From: Bacteriovoracaceae bacterium
GTDB lineage: Bacteria; Bdellovibrionota; Bacteriovoracia; Bacteriovoracales; Bacteriovoracaceae
Reading direction: 5' to 3'
Assembly (NCBI GenBank): GCA_965217035.1
Contig: OZ244226.1
Span: 1,408,146 to 1,472,145 of the forward strand
Length of the DNA: 64,000 bases
Both the position numbers and the translations under genes were made by a program. Positions 9,119-19,734 of this stretch are shown here, piece by piece (the first letter of the stretch is position 1; every line of letters begins with the position of its first letter). A model generated the notes under the pieces. That model was not told where the DNA came from, ran no database searches, and worked only from the letters and a program-made list of their open reading frames with translations.

Positions 9119-11728
9119 TTAGTCAGTTATTTTTTTCGATGTTATTTTTCCACCATGTTCGAAATGAACTTCCCAATCGCAGAATTCTTTAAACTTAGGA
9201 TTATGATCAATCAAAACAATTGTTTTTCCCATTGTCGATAATTCATTTAAAAACTCTAAGATTGCAAAAAGCTCTCTTTCTGAAAGTCCAAAAGAAAGGT
9301 TTTCTATTAATATTAATTGGTTTTTAGAATCGACTAACAACTTAGAAAGAAGATAAATTCTTTGTTTTTCACCACCAGAAAGATTTGTCATGTTTCGACT
9401 TAACGAAAGATAATCAAGTTTCAATTTTTTAAGATAAGAAAGGATCCTTTTATACTTGGGTGTTAAGGAAATATTTTCGAAAACTTGAGCAATCGGAAGT
9501 TGATAACTTTCTGATACAGTTAAAATCCCGTCCGTAAGACTTGCATATTCTTCTTTGAGCTTTTGTCCCTTACACTCTTCACAGGGAAGAATCACATCCT
9601 CAAGGTATTGCATTTCAATAACTTCAAAACCTCGGCCTTCACATTTTGGACAACGTCCCAGCTCTGAATTTGGAGAAAAGTGCCCCTCGCTTAATCCCAA
9701 AGCCTTAGAAGTTGGTTGTTGAACATAATGTCTTCTCATTGGTTTAGCTAGGTCGGTAAAACTTCCAACGGTACTTCTACTTGTATAGCGATTCAAATTA
9801 GCATCAACAATGAGAACAGATTCTAACATTCCTTCTTTAGCAGCTATTTTTTTAACCTTTCCTATTCGATCAAAAAGATATTCTCCCTTCAATTTATAAT
9901 TCAGCTCATTAAGAACAACATTAAAAACTGAAGACTTACCCGTTCCTGTTTCACCATGTACCCAAATAAGACTCTTTAGAGGAAATTTAAATTTATTATA
10001 CTTTTTTCCATAAACTTCAAGCTCAGAAATTTGAAGATCATTTGGATTCAATTTTCTTTTTACCTTGGTAAAATTGTGTTTGATCCTTTTTTCCTGAAAC
10101 TTCCCCTCTTTAATAATTTCTCCACCCTCAGAACCAGCCTCTGGCCCCATCCAAATAACCTTGTCAGACTTCTTAGCTAATTCAGGGGAGTGATCGACCA
10201 AAACAACTGTATTCCCTTGAGCCTTAATTCTTTCTAAACCCTTAAAAAGACTTCTTTGTTGTTTTTTATCAAGTCCAATACTAGGTTCATCAAAAACAAA
10301 TAAGCTATCAGTGCCGTCGAAAGAGAGGTATTTTATCAGGAGAATTCTTTGATATTCTCCTGCAGAAATAGTTTTTGTTTTTCTATTTAAATTGAGATGG
10401 TCTAAGCCTATCTCTTTCGCTGTGTCTAAGGTTCTTTTTATTTTATCAAGAACAAACTTTATACTTTTGTTAGTTGTCTTTATTTTTGAAACTTCTAAGC
10501 TAAGTTCACCAATGGTTAGCTTTGTAATATCAGGAAGATTTGAAAGGCTTTTATCAATATAAAATCGTTTTGCGAGTTTATTAATACGACTTCCATCACA
10601 TTCATCACATAACCTTTCTGTTTGAATTCTTCTTAGAAGAATACGCATTCCTGGTTTATATTTTTTCCTCTCCATATAAGCTTCCATTTTATCAAAACCA
10701 CTCCATTGTCCAGAACCTTTATAGAAGAGTTCTTTAAACTTGGGCCCTAATTGGGAAATAGGTTTATTGAAGCTTATTTTTTTTGATTTACAAGCTGTCT
10801 TAAACTTAGAAGACAAATTTGAGAACTTTTTATGTTTAAGAATTTTAACGCCACCTTCATTAATTGAAAGACTCTTATCCATCAACTTATCTTCATCAAT
10901 CACAAGATTTGCACCAAAGCCATTGCAACTACTACAGGCTCCAAGAGCATTATGAGGAGAGAAAAGATTTTCTGACTTGGTTACCTTAGAAGGAGAGAAA
11001 CAAATCGGACATTGCTTCAATAATGAAGGATTCCACTCTTGGAGTTTTATTCCTTTTGATTCATGAATGTATAGACTTGAAATTCTTCCCTCAACCCCAG
11101 AGAGTATTTCATCAAGTTTATCAAAGTTTCCTTTTCGACAACGACAAATTTCCCAATATTCTTTTTCTTTATCGAAAGGAACCATCGCTTCTGTTTCTGG
11201 ATCATAAACTCGTGAAGGAAGTATTTGATTACTAAAAACTTTTAAATACTGAACTTTGTGAAGCAGAAAGTAGGTAATAGAGCTTTCATCATATTTTATC
11301 TGTTCTTTAAACTGCTTTGAATAGGAAAGAGTTTCGAGCGGAACATGATGCTTATCACAGTACTCTTCACTCATATAATACCAAAGGTTTTGAAGAAGAT
11401 GAGTGAGACCGATACTGTCTAGAACATTCGTTCTCGCCCCTTTAATCGGATTTATTTGAGGAAGACCAAAAACCGGAAGAACAGGTGAAAGATGATCGAC
11501 ATCAACGGCCGGAGGTTTTTCACTAAAGAATTTCAAATCATTAGGAAAGCAATTCATCAAACGCCTCTTAGACTCCGCTAATAAGGTGTGAAATGCTAGA
11601 GAAGACTTTCCAGAACCTGATGGCCCAACAAAACACGTGATTTTTTTTAACGGAATATCAATATCAACGTTTTTAAGGTTATTAACTCGCGCGCCTCGAA
11701 TTGAAATATGAGTAATGTCTTTAGTCAT
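9119..11728 (-). CDS. uvrA: UvrA-family ABC ATPase, divergent paralog
   Basis: IRGARVNNLKNVDIDIP, GPSGSGKSSLAF, several CxxC zinc fingers (GACSSCNG, GRCPKCEG, PCEECKG) and LSGGEKQRI. The second Walker B is degenerate. Confidence 0.85.
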   Translation of the reverse strand: MTKDITHISIRGARVNNLKNVDIDIPLKKITCFVGPSGSGKSSLAFHTLLAESKRRLMNCFPNDLKFFSEKPPAVDVDHLSPVLPVFGLPQINPIKGARTNVLDSIGLTHLLQNLWYYMSEEYCDKHHVPLETLSYSKQFKEQIKYDESSITYFLLHKVQYLKVFSNQILPSRVYDPETEAMVPFDKEKEYWEICRCRKGNFDKLDEILSGVEGRISSLYIHESKGIKLQEWNPSLLKQCPICFSPSKVTKSENLFSPHNALGACSSCNGFGANLVIDEDKLMDKSLSINEGGVKILKHKKFSNLSSKFKTACKSKKISFNKPISQLGPKFKELFYKGSGQWSGFDKMEAYMERKKYKPGMRILLRRIQTERLCDECDGSRINKLAKRFYIDKSLSNLPDITKLTIGELSLEVSKIKTTNKSIKFVLDKIKRTLDTAKEIGLDHLNLNRKTKTISAGEYQRILLIKYLSFDGTDSLFVFDEPSIGLDKKQQRSLFKGLERIKAQGNTVVLVDHSPELAKKSDKVIWMGPEAGSEGGEIIKEGKFQEKRIKHNFTKVKRKLNPNDLQISELEVYGKKYNKFKFPLKSLIWVHGETGTGKSSVFNVVLNELNYKLKGEYLFDRIGKVKKIAAKEGMLESVLIVDANLNRYTSRSTVGSFTDLAKPMRRHYVQQPTSKALGLSEGHFSPNSELGRCPKCEGRGFEVIEMQYLEDVILPCEECKGQKLKEEYASLTDGILTVSESYQLPIAQVFENISLTPKYKRILSYLKKLKLDYLSLSRNMTNLSGGEKQRIYLLSKLLVDSKNQLILIENLSFGLSERELFAILEFLNELSTMGKTIVLIDHNPKFKEFCDWEVHFEHGGKITSKKITD

Positions 11729-11744
11729 TGCTTAATAATATAAC

Positions 11745-11778
11745 AAAAAAAAAGGGAAGAATCGCTTCTTCCCTTTTT
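11745..11778 (-). terminator. Intrinsic terminator of rplM-rpsI
   Basis: AAAAAGGGAAGA-N6-TCTTCCCTTTTT inverted repeat with a T9 tract after the stem on the minus strand. Confidence 0.85.
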
Positions 11779-11802
11779 GTATAAATAAAAATGAAATAAG
11801 TT

Positions 11803-12216
11803 CTATCTTTTTGAGAACTGGTAAGATTTTCTCGCACCAGCAAGACCGTATTTCTTTCTCTCAACTTTTCTAGCATCTCGAGTAAGGAATCCAGCTTTTT
11901 TAAGATCGCCTCTATTCGTTTCATTGATATTTAGAAGCGCTCTCGCAATCCCAAGTCTGATTGCACCAGCCTGACCAGTGAATCCACCGCCCTTAACATT
12001 GATGTTGAAGTCGTACTGATCTGAGACTGATAAAAGCTTCAGTGGTTGATTAACAACATATCGACTTGTTGCTTTTGGAAAGTAGTCAGTCACTTCTCTT
12101 TTATTGATAGTGATTTTTCCTGTTCCTGGCTTTACGTAAACTCTAGCAATAGAAGATTTTCTTCTTCCAACTGCATGAGTTAAATAAGATTTTTTAGCTT
12201 TCTTTTCTGCTGCCAT
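11803..12216 (-). CDS. rpsI: 30S ribosomal protein S9
   Basis: [30 protein letters not shown]-terminal [10 protein letters not shown]. Confidence 0.99.
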   Translation of the reverse strand: MAAEKKAKKSYLTHAVGRRKSSIARVYVKPGTGKITINKREVTDYFPKATSRYVVNQPLKLLSVSDQYDFNINVKGGGFTGQAGAIRLGIARALLNINETNRGDLKKAGFLTRDARKVERKKYGLAGARKSYQFSKR

Positions 12217-12230
12217 AACTTATGAACCCT

Positions 12231-12680
12231 TTAGTTTTTTGGAGTATAAGCTTCAGGGTTTTGAGCTTCGTGATCGTGATTCTCACCCTTAAATACTTTA
12301 AACTTCTTTAATTGTTTTCTACCAAGTGCACCTTTAGGAAGCATTCTCTCAACAGCTTTCATCATAATAAGCTCTGGATGTCTTTCTAATTGCTCTTTAG
12401 CAGTTCTTGTTTTTAATCCACCAATATAACCAGTATGCCAGTTATACGTTTTGTTTTCTAATTTGTTTCCAGTAAAACGAACTTTCTCACAGTTAGTAAG
12501 AATAACGTAATCACCAGTATCAATATTAGGTGTGAACTGAGCTTTCTTTTTTCCACGAAGAAGATCTGCAATCTCAGTAGCAAGTCTTCCAACAATTTTG
12601 TCAGTTCCATCGATGACATACCACTTCTTTTGACCAGCAGCCTGCTCTTTGGTAAGTCCCGAAGTTCTTTGAGTATACAT
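12231..12680 (-). CDS. rplM: 50S ribosomal protein L13
   Basis: WYVIDG, GRLATEIA, FTPNIDTGDYV, HTGYIGGLK, MLPKGALGR. Confidence 0.99.
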   Translation of the reverse strand: MYTQRTSGLTKEQAAGQKKWYVIDGTDKIVGRLATEIADLLRGKKKAQFTPNIDTGDYVILTNCEKVRFTGNKLENKTYNWHTGYIGGLKTRTAKEQLERHPELIMMKAVERMLPKGALGRKQLKKFKVFKGENHDHEAQNPEAYTPKN

Positions 12681-12717
12681 AGTTTTTCCTCAGCTTTTTA
12701 ACTTGAAATAGTGGTTC

Positions 12718-12746
12718 TTTATAGGAAAAGTGCTGAGCGAAGTCAA
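12718..12746 (-). promoter_or_regulatory. Sigma70 promoter of rplM-rpsI
   Basis: Minus strand TTGACT-N17-TATAAA about 38 bp upstream of rplM. Confidence 0.65.
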
Positions 12747-12871
12747 TACCTTGACGGCTTGACGCAGGCCTTAAATTTTAATTTCTTAACTCAAGTGTCG
12801 CTCTGTACTAAAAAAAGTGAAAATTTTGGAAAAAGACTCTCACAGCGCGAATGCTTACTTCTTGTAAGGAC

Positions 12872-15649
12872 CTAGAAGAAGCCGATTGAGACATGAAGCC
12901 GACCAGGCGTCTCTCGACTCCCATCAGAAAATCGCCTTCGACTCAATTTAAAACCATAGTCGAAGTCCAAAGTTCCAACTGGGGTGACGTACTTAAAGCT
13001 CAGCCCAATAGAAGAACGAACGTCAAAAGGGCGGTATACGTCAGTTTGAACACTTCCAGCATCATAAAAGAAGCCTAGCATCATAGAGTCATCTATTATA
13101 TATCGAGGTTCAATTTTGTAGTTCGACATAAAAGCTCGCCCGGTAACATCGATGTCACCAATATCTTGATTATTGCCATCATCAACAATATTGATTTCAT
13201 CCTCTGCAAAACCACGAACGATATCAACTCCAGTCAGACGGAATACCTTAATTGCGGGAATCCTCGTCCCTCCTCGGTTAGTCTGAATCCCCACAGAGAC
13301 CGAGGAGGCAATATAAAAACTGTTCGAAACAGGAATATAAAAACGATTTCTAAAAACCTTTTTATCGAAATTAATGGAAAGATCCTCTTCCTCTTGTGAG
13401 AGAAAGCTTGGTTTAGCAATTTCCCAAGAAACCTGAAAGAGTGCTCCTTTCTTTGGAATGATTCGATTACTTTCATCTAAAAAGTTTAAAGTTAAGCTCG
13501 GTGTAATACTTCCAATACGAAAAGCATCATTATCCTCTGGGTTTGTAGCCGGATCAGCCCCGTATTGCTCGATGTTTTCCAACTGATGAGTAAAGCTTAC
13601 AGAGATATCCCTATTAATCTCTTTTCTAAAAGTATTCGAAAATTTTTCAATGTCAGCATCAAAGCTAAAAAATCTCATTCGCCTCACACTGATCGAGGCA
13701 AAGTAATCCCAATAGGTTTTGAAAAAGTCAGGAGAAATATAATTGATCCGTCCAAGATACTCTAAAAACTTCCTATCAGTTCTGTCTTGATCAATCTCGC
13801 TAAGACTTAATCGATAATTTGTCTGGGCCGTAAGCGAAAGAGTTTGATTCCTTCCAAGGAGATTGCTTCTTGAAACTCTTGCCCAAATCTTTGCTCCTAA
13901 GTCAGATCGAAAACCTGGAGCAAGCTCAAATACTCCATAATCTTTTTCTTCAACATTAATGACAATATCAACTTCATTTTTAGCTCCCTTAAGAAAAGTT
14001 ACATTATAATTTTTAAATATCCCCAAGGAGGCAATATCCGAATAAATATTTTTAACGAGATTAGGAGTTAAAAAACTCTTATAAATATAATTTAGCTTTC
14101 TCCTAACAACAGATTTTCGAGTTTTTTCAACTCCAAATATTAAGAGATTTCTGACTTTAGAGCGAACACCTTTCGAAAGCTTAACATTAATCCGAACTTC
14201 TCGATTACCATTATAATAGCGAACCACCTCTCTATCATCTTCATTATTAATTTCAGCAAAAAAGTATCCTTGATTTTTAACCTCTGACAGAAAATTATTT
14301 AAAGTTGTACCAAAAATCAACGGATTAAAAGAATCTCCCACATTAAGATTACTAAGGCTTCGAACTCTTTTCCCTGAAACTTTTATTTCACGGACAACAG
14401 AGCGGCTCCCCTCATTGACAACAAAAAGAACGGTTCTTGTTTTTGGGGACAGTGTCTTGATATAAAACTTGATCGAAGTATCAACAAAGCCAGCGGTGGT
14501 ATATTTATTTTTCAAAATCTGAGTAAAAAGATTATAATATTTTTCATCTAAGTAATTTGCAGACGAAAGATCACTTGCATTTTCAAAATAAAAATCAAGT
14601 AGCTCTTCTTCAAGATAAAAATTCGTTCCCTTAAACAAAACCTCAGTTACTCGCAATCTTGTTGTTTTCTCTACAACAATTTTGGCTTGATTAAATTCAC
14701 CACCATCTCTTCGGATAATTTTGTTTTTAATTTTTACATTAGGCCTAAAAAAACCTTTTTGAATGTAAAGTTCTTCAACAACTCTTTTCAAATCACTTTC
14801 GGAAAAGCTTCGTTGTGTTGTTTGAAAATACTCTCGTAAACTTATATAAATATTTTCTTTACCAAAAAATTCATTTTCATCTCTAATCGAAAGGACCACT
14901 CTCTCTGTATTGCCACAGCTGATTTCAACATCAACATTCTTTTGGTATTTTTTAGCTTTGAACTGAACATTACTAAGATAATAGCCTTGACCAAGAAGAT
15001 CAGACTCAAAAACTTTCATTTCTTGTATGACGTTCTCTTTGTTGAAGACTTTTCCTTCGAATCCTTTAAAATAACTAGAAATCATTTTCTTTATATAATT
15101 TCCCTTGCATGAATTCGTAACTTTCCTTAAAATTTCAGGATCTCCAGCATTGATTTTGAAATAGATTTCAACATCGTGAGACCCAACTTCAACGATTTCT
15201 TTCGTAACCTTAGCATCTGGAAAACCTTGTAGTTTAAGCTTTCTCAACATCCTCTTTTCATCTTCTTCAAGCCGGTACCAATCGAGATAATCCCCTTCAT
15301 CAATTTCCAGAGTTGAAGAAATTGATAATTCACTTACTTCATCGTCATCAACATCAAAGTAAATATCCTTGATTGTCTTGCTGGCCTTGATAGAAATTTC
15401 AAGCTTAGCACCTTTGGAAGATTCATCTAAAATATACTCAAAACTTGAATACCCAACCTTCGAATAAAAAATTCTAAGAAGTTTGAAAAAATCTTCCTTA
15501 CTTGAATAATCTCTTCTCAAGATTGATATATTTTTCTTAAAGAAATTACATGTGCGACTATCATCACATTTGATAGCAACCTCTTTGATAACATATGAAT
15601 ATGCTTCAAAAGAAAATAAGAATAAAAATCCTACTATAAACTTCATCAT
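12872..15649 (-). CDS. Omp85-family outer membrane protein (TamA/BamA-like) with multiple POTRA domains
   Basis: Signal peptide, repeated POTRA-like segments (GYY, GFF, GYF motifs), IVRGF loop-6-like motif, GLSFKYVTPVGTLDFDYG and C-terminal Phe. ATGA overlap with tamB. Confidence 0.9.
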   Translation of the reverse strand: MMKFIVGFLFLFSFEAYSYVIKEVAIKCDDSRTCNFFKKNISILRRDYSSKEDFFKLLRIFYSKVGYSSFEYILDESSKGAKLEISIKASKTIKDIYFDVDDDEVSELSISSTLEIDEGDYLDWYRLEEDEKRMLRKLKLQGFPDAKVTKEIVEVGSHDVEIYFKINAGDPEILRKVTNSCKGNYIKKMISSYFKGFEGKVFNKENVIQEMKVFESDLLGQGYYLSNVQFKAKKYQKNVDVEISCGNTERVVLSIRDENEFFGKENIYISLREYFQTTQRSFSESDLKRVVEELYIQKGFFRPNVKIKNKIIRRDGGEFNQAKIVVEKTTRLRVTEVLFKGTNFYLEEELLDFYFENASDLSSANYLDEKYYNLFTQILKNKYTTAGFVDTSIKFYIKTLSPKTRTVLFVVNEGSRSVVREIKVSGKRVRSLSNLNVGDSFNPLIFGTTLNNFLSEVKNQGYFFAEINNEDDREVVRYYNGNREVRINVKLSKGVRSKVRNLLIFGVEKTRKSVVRRKLNYIYKSFLTPNLVKNIYSDIASLGIFKNYNVTFLKGAKNEVDIVINVEEKDYGVFELAPGFRSDLGAKIWARVSRSNLLGRNQTLSLTAQTNYRLSLSEIDQDRTDRKFLEYLGRINYISPDFFKTYWDYFASISVRRMRFFSFDADIEKFSNTFRKEINRDISVSFTHQLENIEQYGADPATNPEDNDAFRIGSITPSLTLNFLDESNRIIPKKGALFQVSWEIAKPSFLSQEEEDLSINFDKKVFRNRFYIPVSNSFYIASSVSVGIQTNRGGTRIPAIKVFRLTGVDIVRGFAEDEINIVDDGNNQDIGDIDVTGRAFMSNYKIEPRYIIDDSMMLGFFYDAGSVQTDVYRPFDVRSSIGLSFKYVTPVGTLDFDYGFKLSRRRFSDGSRETPGRLHVSIGFF

Positions 15650-18600
15650 TTAAAGGTCCATTTGAACTTAACATCAGCGCCTACAGAAGTATCTTGTCCT
15701 CCCTCCTCACCATCTTGATCTGTTGTCAGTTCATAAACTCCTTCAAGGCTTACATTTTCATTTATCGTATAATTAAGATTCATTCTTTGTTGTTGTCCAA
15801 TACTTCCCGAAATTGCACTCGAAACAGAAAGGTCTACGTTTTCTGTTATTTTCTTATTCAACTCAACTTTGGTTGCTGTTCGAACATCACCACCCGTTCC
15901 TCCTGATTGAGTGCGCCCTTGAAGTAGACTCCTTTGATCCTCTTGAAAAACTGTTCCAACATTAAGAGTAATTCCTAGATTATCTTTCAATGTTTCATTG
16001 ATTTTGAGACGGTTAAATAGAAAACTCCCAACACCAGCCGAAGAAATACTTTCTCTATCAGACTCGCTTAACCTTTCTGAATATTGCTCAACATAACCAA
16101 ATGCCATAAGGGAAAGGATGCTTTGTCGATCTAAGAATGGATCAGACGAAAAATCGATACTTAAGTTTTTAGCGGGTCCATAGGCTTGAACAGAAATTTT
16201 ATAATCATTAGTTTTCATATTAGATGAAAAATCAACCAATGGATTTGTATAATCTTCGCTGCCAGCAAAATTTATAATGAGTTTTTCAACAAAAAGCTCA
16301 TTATTTTTAATAGTTACCTTGTTTTCTTTATCTAAGTTCGTGAAAATCTTTCCAAAAAGTAATGGCTGCTCGTTTGTTCCTGTGATATTAAGTCCACCCA
16401 TCATCTTGAAATCAACCAAAGAATTTCGAAACCAAATTTCTTTTTCTATTGCCGTATTTAAATTTAAGCTTAATAAACCAGAGCTCATTTTTTCCCTTGC
16501 TTTAGGAGTATAACGAGTATTATTGCTCAAAGAGAAATTTGAATCATCTGAGGTAAATTTATCAAATTCATCAAAAACCTCTCCACCAATAATTCTCATT
16601 TCTCCTGAAAGTGCATATGGAAAAGAACTTCCAATTAACCCTCCGGTTCCGTTAACAACAAGAAAACTTCGTTCATTTATACTAACAACAGCATCATCAA
16701 ACTCATATTTGATATTAAAATCTGGTTCTAATCCTAGATCATCGATTACACCACTCATCTTTAAATCACCGTTACCCAACTTAGATTGGAGATATTTGAG
16801 ATTAAGTTTTTCGTCTTCGAGTTCCAGTTCGAAAAAAGTATTATCTAGACTTGTAAACCATCCAACACGACTAACAGAAACATCACTTCCTTTAAGCTTA
16901 AAAATGAATTCCTCTGGACTTGTGCTTCCGTTTTTTGCAACACCACCATTAAATTCAACATTCCCTTTTAAATTAAACAAAGATCCTAAAACTCTGTTTA
17001 TTTTGTCCAAGATAAACCGTGAACGAAAATCAATTTTATATCTCTTTCCAATTCTTCCGTTCCCAGTGCTGATAAATTCCTCACTATCATTTCCGACAAT
17101 ATTAAATTTCCATTTTTCAATATTTCCACTTTTTATCGAAACAATATTTTCACCTTTCGAACTGACATCTATTTGAGGGTGGTCAAAACTGAATAACTGG
17201 ATACCTCCAATCAAATTCATTTGAGACCAATCATTAACATTGAAGTCTCCTTCAACATTTCCAACGAGTTTACCCTCTAAAAATCGATCCTCTATATCAT
17301 AGGACGAAATCAAGTTTAAGATATAACTCCAGTGGGGTATATCTACATCTAATGAAAAATTTACTCTTTGCAATTGGTCTGACTTTGTTAAATCGATGTT
17401 TGAATCAAGTTTCACAACATCTTCCAAGAAGTTTGCCTTAGTAACAATTCGTTTTTCATTTTTATCAAAAACAAACTTAGAATCCTTCACTGGTCTTCCT
17501 GACATTATGGAATCATAAAAAAGAGCGTCAATTTTCATTTTATCACTGAGCTTTCCTTTAAAGCCATTAACATTCAACTTAATTTTTGAACTATAACCAA
17601 GTCCATGAGAAAGATAATAAGTTAGATCTTTTGTATTAAGTTTATCTGATTCAAACTGGTAAGTTGCAATTTCTCTTTTAAGATCATAATTATAACCTCC
17701 CTCTACACTTCCATCCCCAATATCAAACTCAACATTTGATAATCGCATTTTCATATCTTTAAATCTCAGATTTGCTCTATAAGAATTCACTCGCTCCTTA
17801 AAAAGAGTTAGGTCATCGGAAAGATAAGTCCCAGTTATATCCAAGCTCTCAAGATCAAAACCACCCTTAAACTTATACTCTCCAGATAACATTCCGCTAA
17901 TATAACCCCAATACTCTTCTTCTATTCCAGCAAGAGCCGGCCCATGACTTTTTCGAAAACCTTCAATATTAAAATTTTTAAAACGAGTTCGAACATTTAC
18001 TTTCTGGTTGGGAAAATCGAGTTCTCCCTTTAGAGAATATTTTCCCGTTCCAATTTCGCCATTTAGTTTTTTTATAAGAAGAGCTCCTCCTGACAATTTC
18101 AAAAGAAGATTACTTCTAATTCTACCCATATAAAATTTAGCAAGAGATGACTTATCAAGATCGAGTTTAATATCGAGCTTCGGATTTTCAATATCACCAA
18201 GAGCATCAACTCTCATTTTCCCATAGCCTTCGATATCAAGATTTCCTAAATGAGAAACATTATCGAAGTTAATATAAAAATCATTCGTTTTAATATCAAT
18301 TTTATCTTCCCTCAAAATTCCATTTGCTAATAGTTTTTTTCCAGAAAGATTGCCGGCTACATCAATCGACAAGTATTCCTCTTTAAGATCAAAGGTGAAA
18401 TTTGATTTATCTAGTTGTGCTTTGCTTATTTTAAAGACCTCTCGTTTTTCATTTCTTAAACCTATATTTGTAATTCTGAGAGGTTTTTCATGTGTAACCT
18501 CTACTTTCTTTTTATTAATCAGTAATGAAATTTCTCCAGTCGCATTACCAAATAAAGTTCTCGAGACTGAGGGTACTGCTATAATTGCTTCTTTTAGCGG

Positions 18601-19734
18601 TATAGACTTTACTTCAATTTTTATTGGATCATCTAAAAGAGTCTTCGTTTCGAAATCAAATATTCTTGTTTTCTTTTTGAGCTGGACCTCTCCATTTCCC
18701 AATTCAAATCTAAGCTTGTTCAAGTTGATTGATTTGCCATCAAAGCTAAGATTCCCAACTCCCTTATCCAGTATCAAATACTTACTTTTGAAGTTTTTAA
18801 AAATTAAAACAGAGTTAATTTTTTCTACTTTCCTTCTACCTTGTGATTCACCCTGAAACTTAACAACCCCTTTAAGACCTAAATTTTTAATGATTCCACC
18901 TTGAGATATCTCGTTTGGAACAAGCTCCCCAGAAAAATTAACAAAAAAGCTTCTATTCAACTTTTCGAATGGTTTCTTTATTGTTCCACGAAGATTTAAA
19001 ATACTCGAACCCTTGGCGAGTTTTAAATATTCAATCTCGTAAGAACTTTTATCAAGAACTCCTTTCATTCTGATACTAGAAAGTCCTTTAAGGTCTTCAA
19101 GATTAGCCTGCAAGTCTTCAATGTTTAGTTCCGTAAAAATCTTTTCTCTATACGTTTCAACAGAAGAGTTCTGCACATACATCGAAACTTGATCGCTGAC
19201 TTGAAGAAACATTTTTTCAAGTTCAAATCTTGAAATTATAATCTCTCCAAGATCAAACCCTTTCATATTTTTTAGAACAAATTCATTGATTTGGTTTTTT
19301 AACTCCTTTCTTTGGCTTTTTTTCTTTTCAATTGTAGACTGTTTTTTCTTCTTACCTTTTTTAGGATTAGGCTTCACGAGAACATAGCCATTATAAAGCT
19401 TCATATGTGACAAGGAAAACTTATCTCGATAAGAAGAAAAAACATTAATACCAATTTGAAGTTCTTCAGCTTGAACCTTAAGGCTTTCTAGTTTGAACTT
19501 GTCTTCAAGCTTTAAAGAGATATCTTCAATAATAATCCGAGGCGGAAAATTACCAACTCTAATTTTATCAAATTTGATCGCATCTTGATATTCTGTAGGT
19601 ATCGATTCATTGACCAATCGAGTTGCTATCCCTGCAAAAAAAGAGCTAGAAACGAATTGCCATAAAACATAATAAAAAAACAGGAATACAAATAAAATGG
19701 AGAGAACTATAAAGTTCAATCGTTTCATTTTCAC
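15646..19734 (-). CDS. tamB: TamB/AsmA-like translocation and assembly module protein
   Basis: N-terminal TM anchor, long beta-rich body and a C-terminal DUF490-like region (FSSDPFLDRQSILSLMAFG...VGADVKFKWTF). Adjacent to the Omp85 gene. Confidence 0.88.
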   Translation of the reverse strand: MKMKRLNFIVLSILFVFLFFYYVLWQFVSSSFFAGIATRLVNESIPTEYQDAIKFDKIRVGNFPPRIIIEDISLKLEDKFKLESLKVQAEELQIGINVFSSYRDKFSLSHMKLYNGYVLVKPNPKKGKKKKQSTIEKKKSQRKELKNQINEFVLKNMKGFDLGEIIISRFELEKMFLQVSDQVSMYVQNSSVETYREKIFTELNIEDLQANLEDLKGLSSIRMKGVLDKSSYEIEYLKLAKGSSILNLRGTIKKPFEKLNRSFFVNFSGELVPNEISQGGIIKNLGLKGVVKFQGESQGRRKVEKINSVLIFKNFKSKYLILDKGVGNLSFDGKSINLNKLRFELGNGEVQLKKKTRIFDFETKTLLDDPIKIEVKSIPLKEAIIAVPSVSRTLFGNATGEISLLINKKKVEVTHEKPLRITNIGLRNEKREVFKISKAQLDKSNFTFDLKEEYLSIDVAGNLSGKKLLANGILREDKIDIKTNDFYINFDNVSHLGNLDIEGYGKMRVDALGDIENPKLDIKLDLDKSSLAKFYMGRIRSNLLLKLSGGALLIKKLNGEIGTGKYSLKGELDFPNQKVNVRTRFKNFNIEGFRKSHGPALAGIEEEYWGYISGMLSGEYKFKGGFDLESLDITGTYLSDDLTLFKERVNSYRANLRFKDMKMRLSNVEFDIGDGSVEGGYNYDLKREIATYQFESDKLNTKDLTYYLSHGLGYSSKIKLNVNGFKGKLSDKMKIDALFYDSIMSGRPVKDSKFVFDKNEKRIVTKANFLEDVVKLDSNIDLTKSDQLQRVNFSLDVDIPHWSYILNLISSYDIEDRFLEGKLVGNVEGDFNVNDWSQMNLIGGIQLFSFDHPQIDVSSKGENIVSIKSGNIEKWKFNIVGNDSEEFISTGNGRIGKRYKIDFRSRFILDKINRVLGSLFNLKGNVEFNGGVAKNGSTSPEEFIFKLKGSDVSVSRVGWFTSLDNTFFELELEDEKLNLKYLQSKLGNGDLKMSGVIDDLGLEPDFNIKYEFDDAVVSINERSFLVVNGTGGLIGSSFPYALSGEMRIIGGEVFDEFDKFTSDDSNFSLSNNTRYTPKAREKMSSGLLSLNLNTAIEKEIWFRNSLVDFKMMGGLNITGTNEQPLLFGKIFTNLDKENKVTIKNNELFVEKLIINFAGSEDYTNPLVDFSSNMKTNDYKISVQAYGPAKNLSIDFSSDPFLDRQSILSLMAFGYVEQYSERLSESDRESISSAGVGSFLFNRLKINETLKDNLGITLNVGTVFQEDQRSLLQGRTQSGGTGGDVRTATKVELNKKITENVDLSVSSAISGSIGQQQRMNLNYTINENVSLEGVYELTTDQDGEEGGQDTSVGADVKFKWTFK

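Noticed and set aside
11721..11924. 67-aa alternative-frame ORF spanning the rpsI end and its terminator
   Set aside because: Overlaps rpsI out of frame and runs through an intrinsic terminator.
16523..17176. 217-aa plus-strand ORF (also 18350-18856 and other short ones) antisense to tamB
   Set aside because: Ser/Leu/Phe/Pro-rich shadow translation of the real gene's codons, with no SD or motif.
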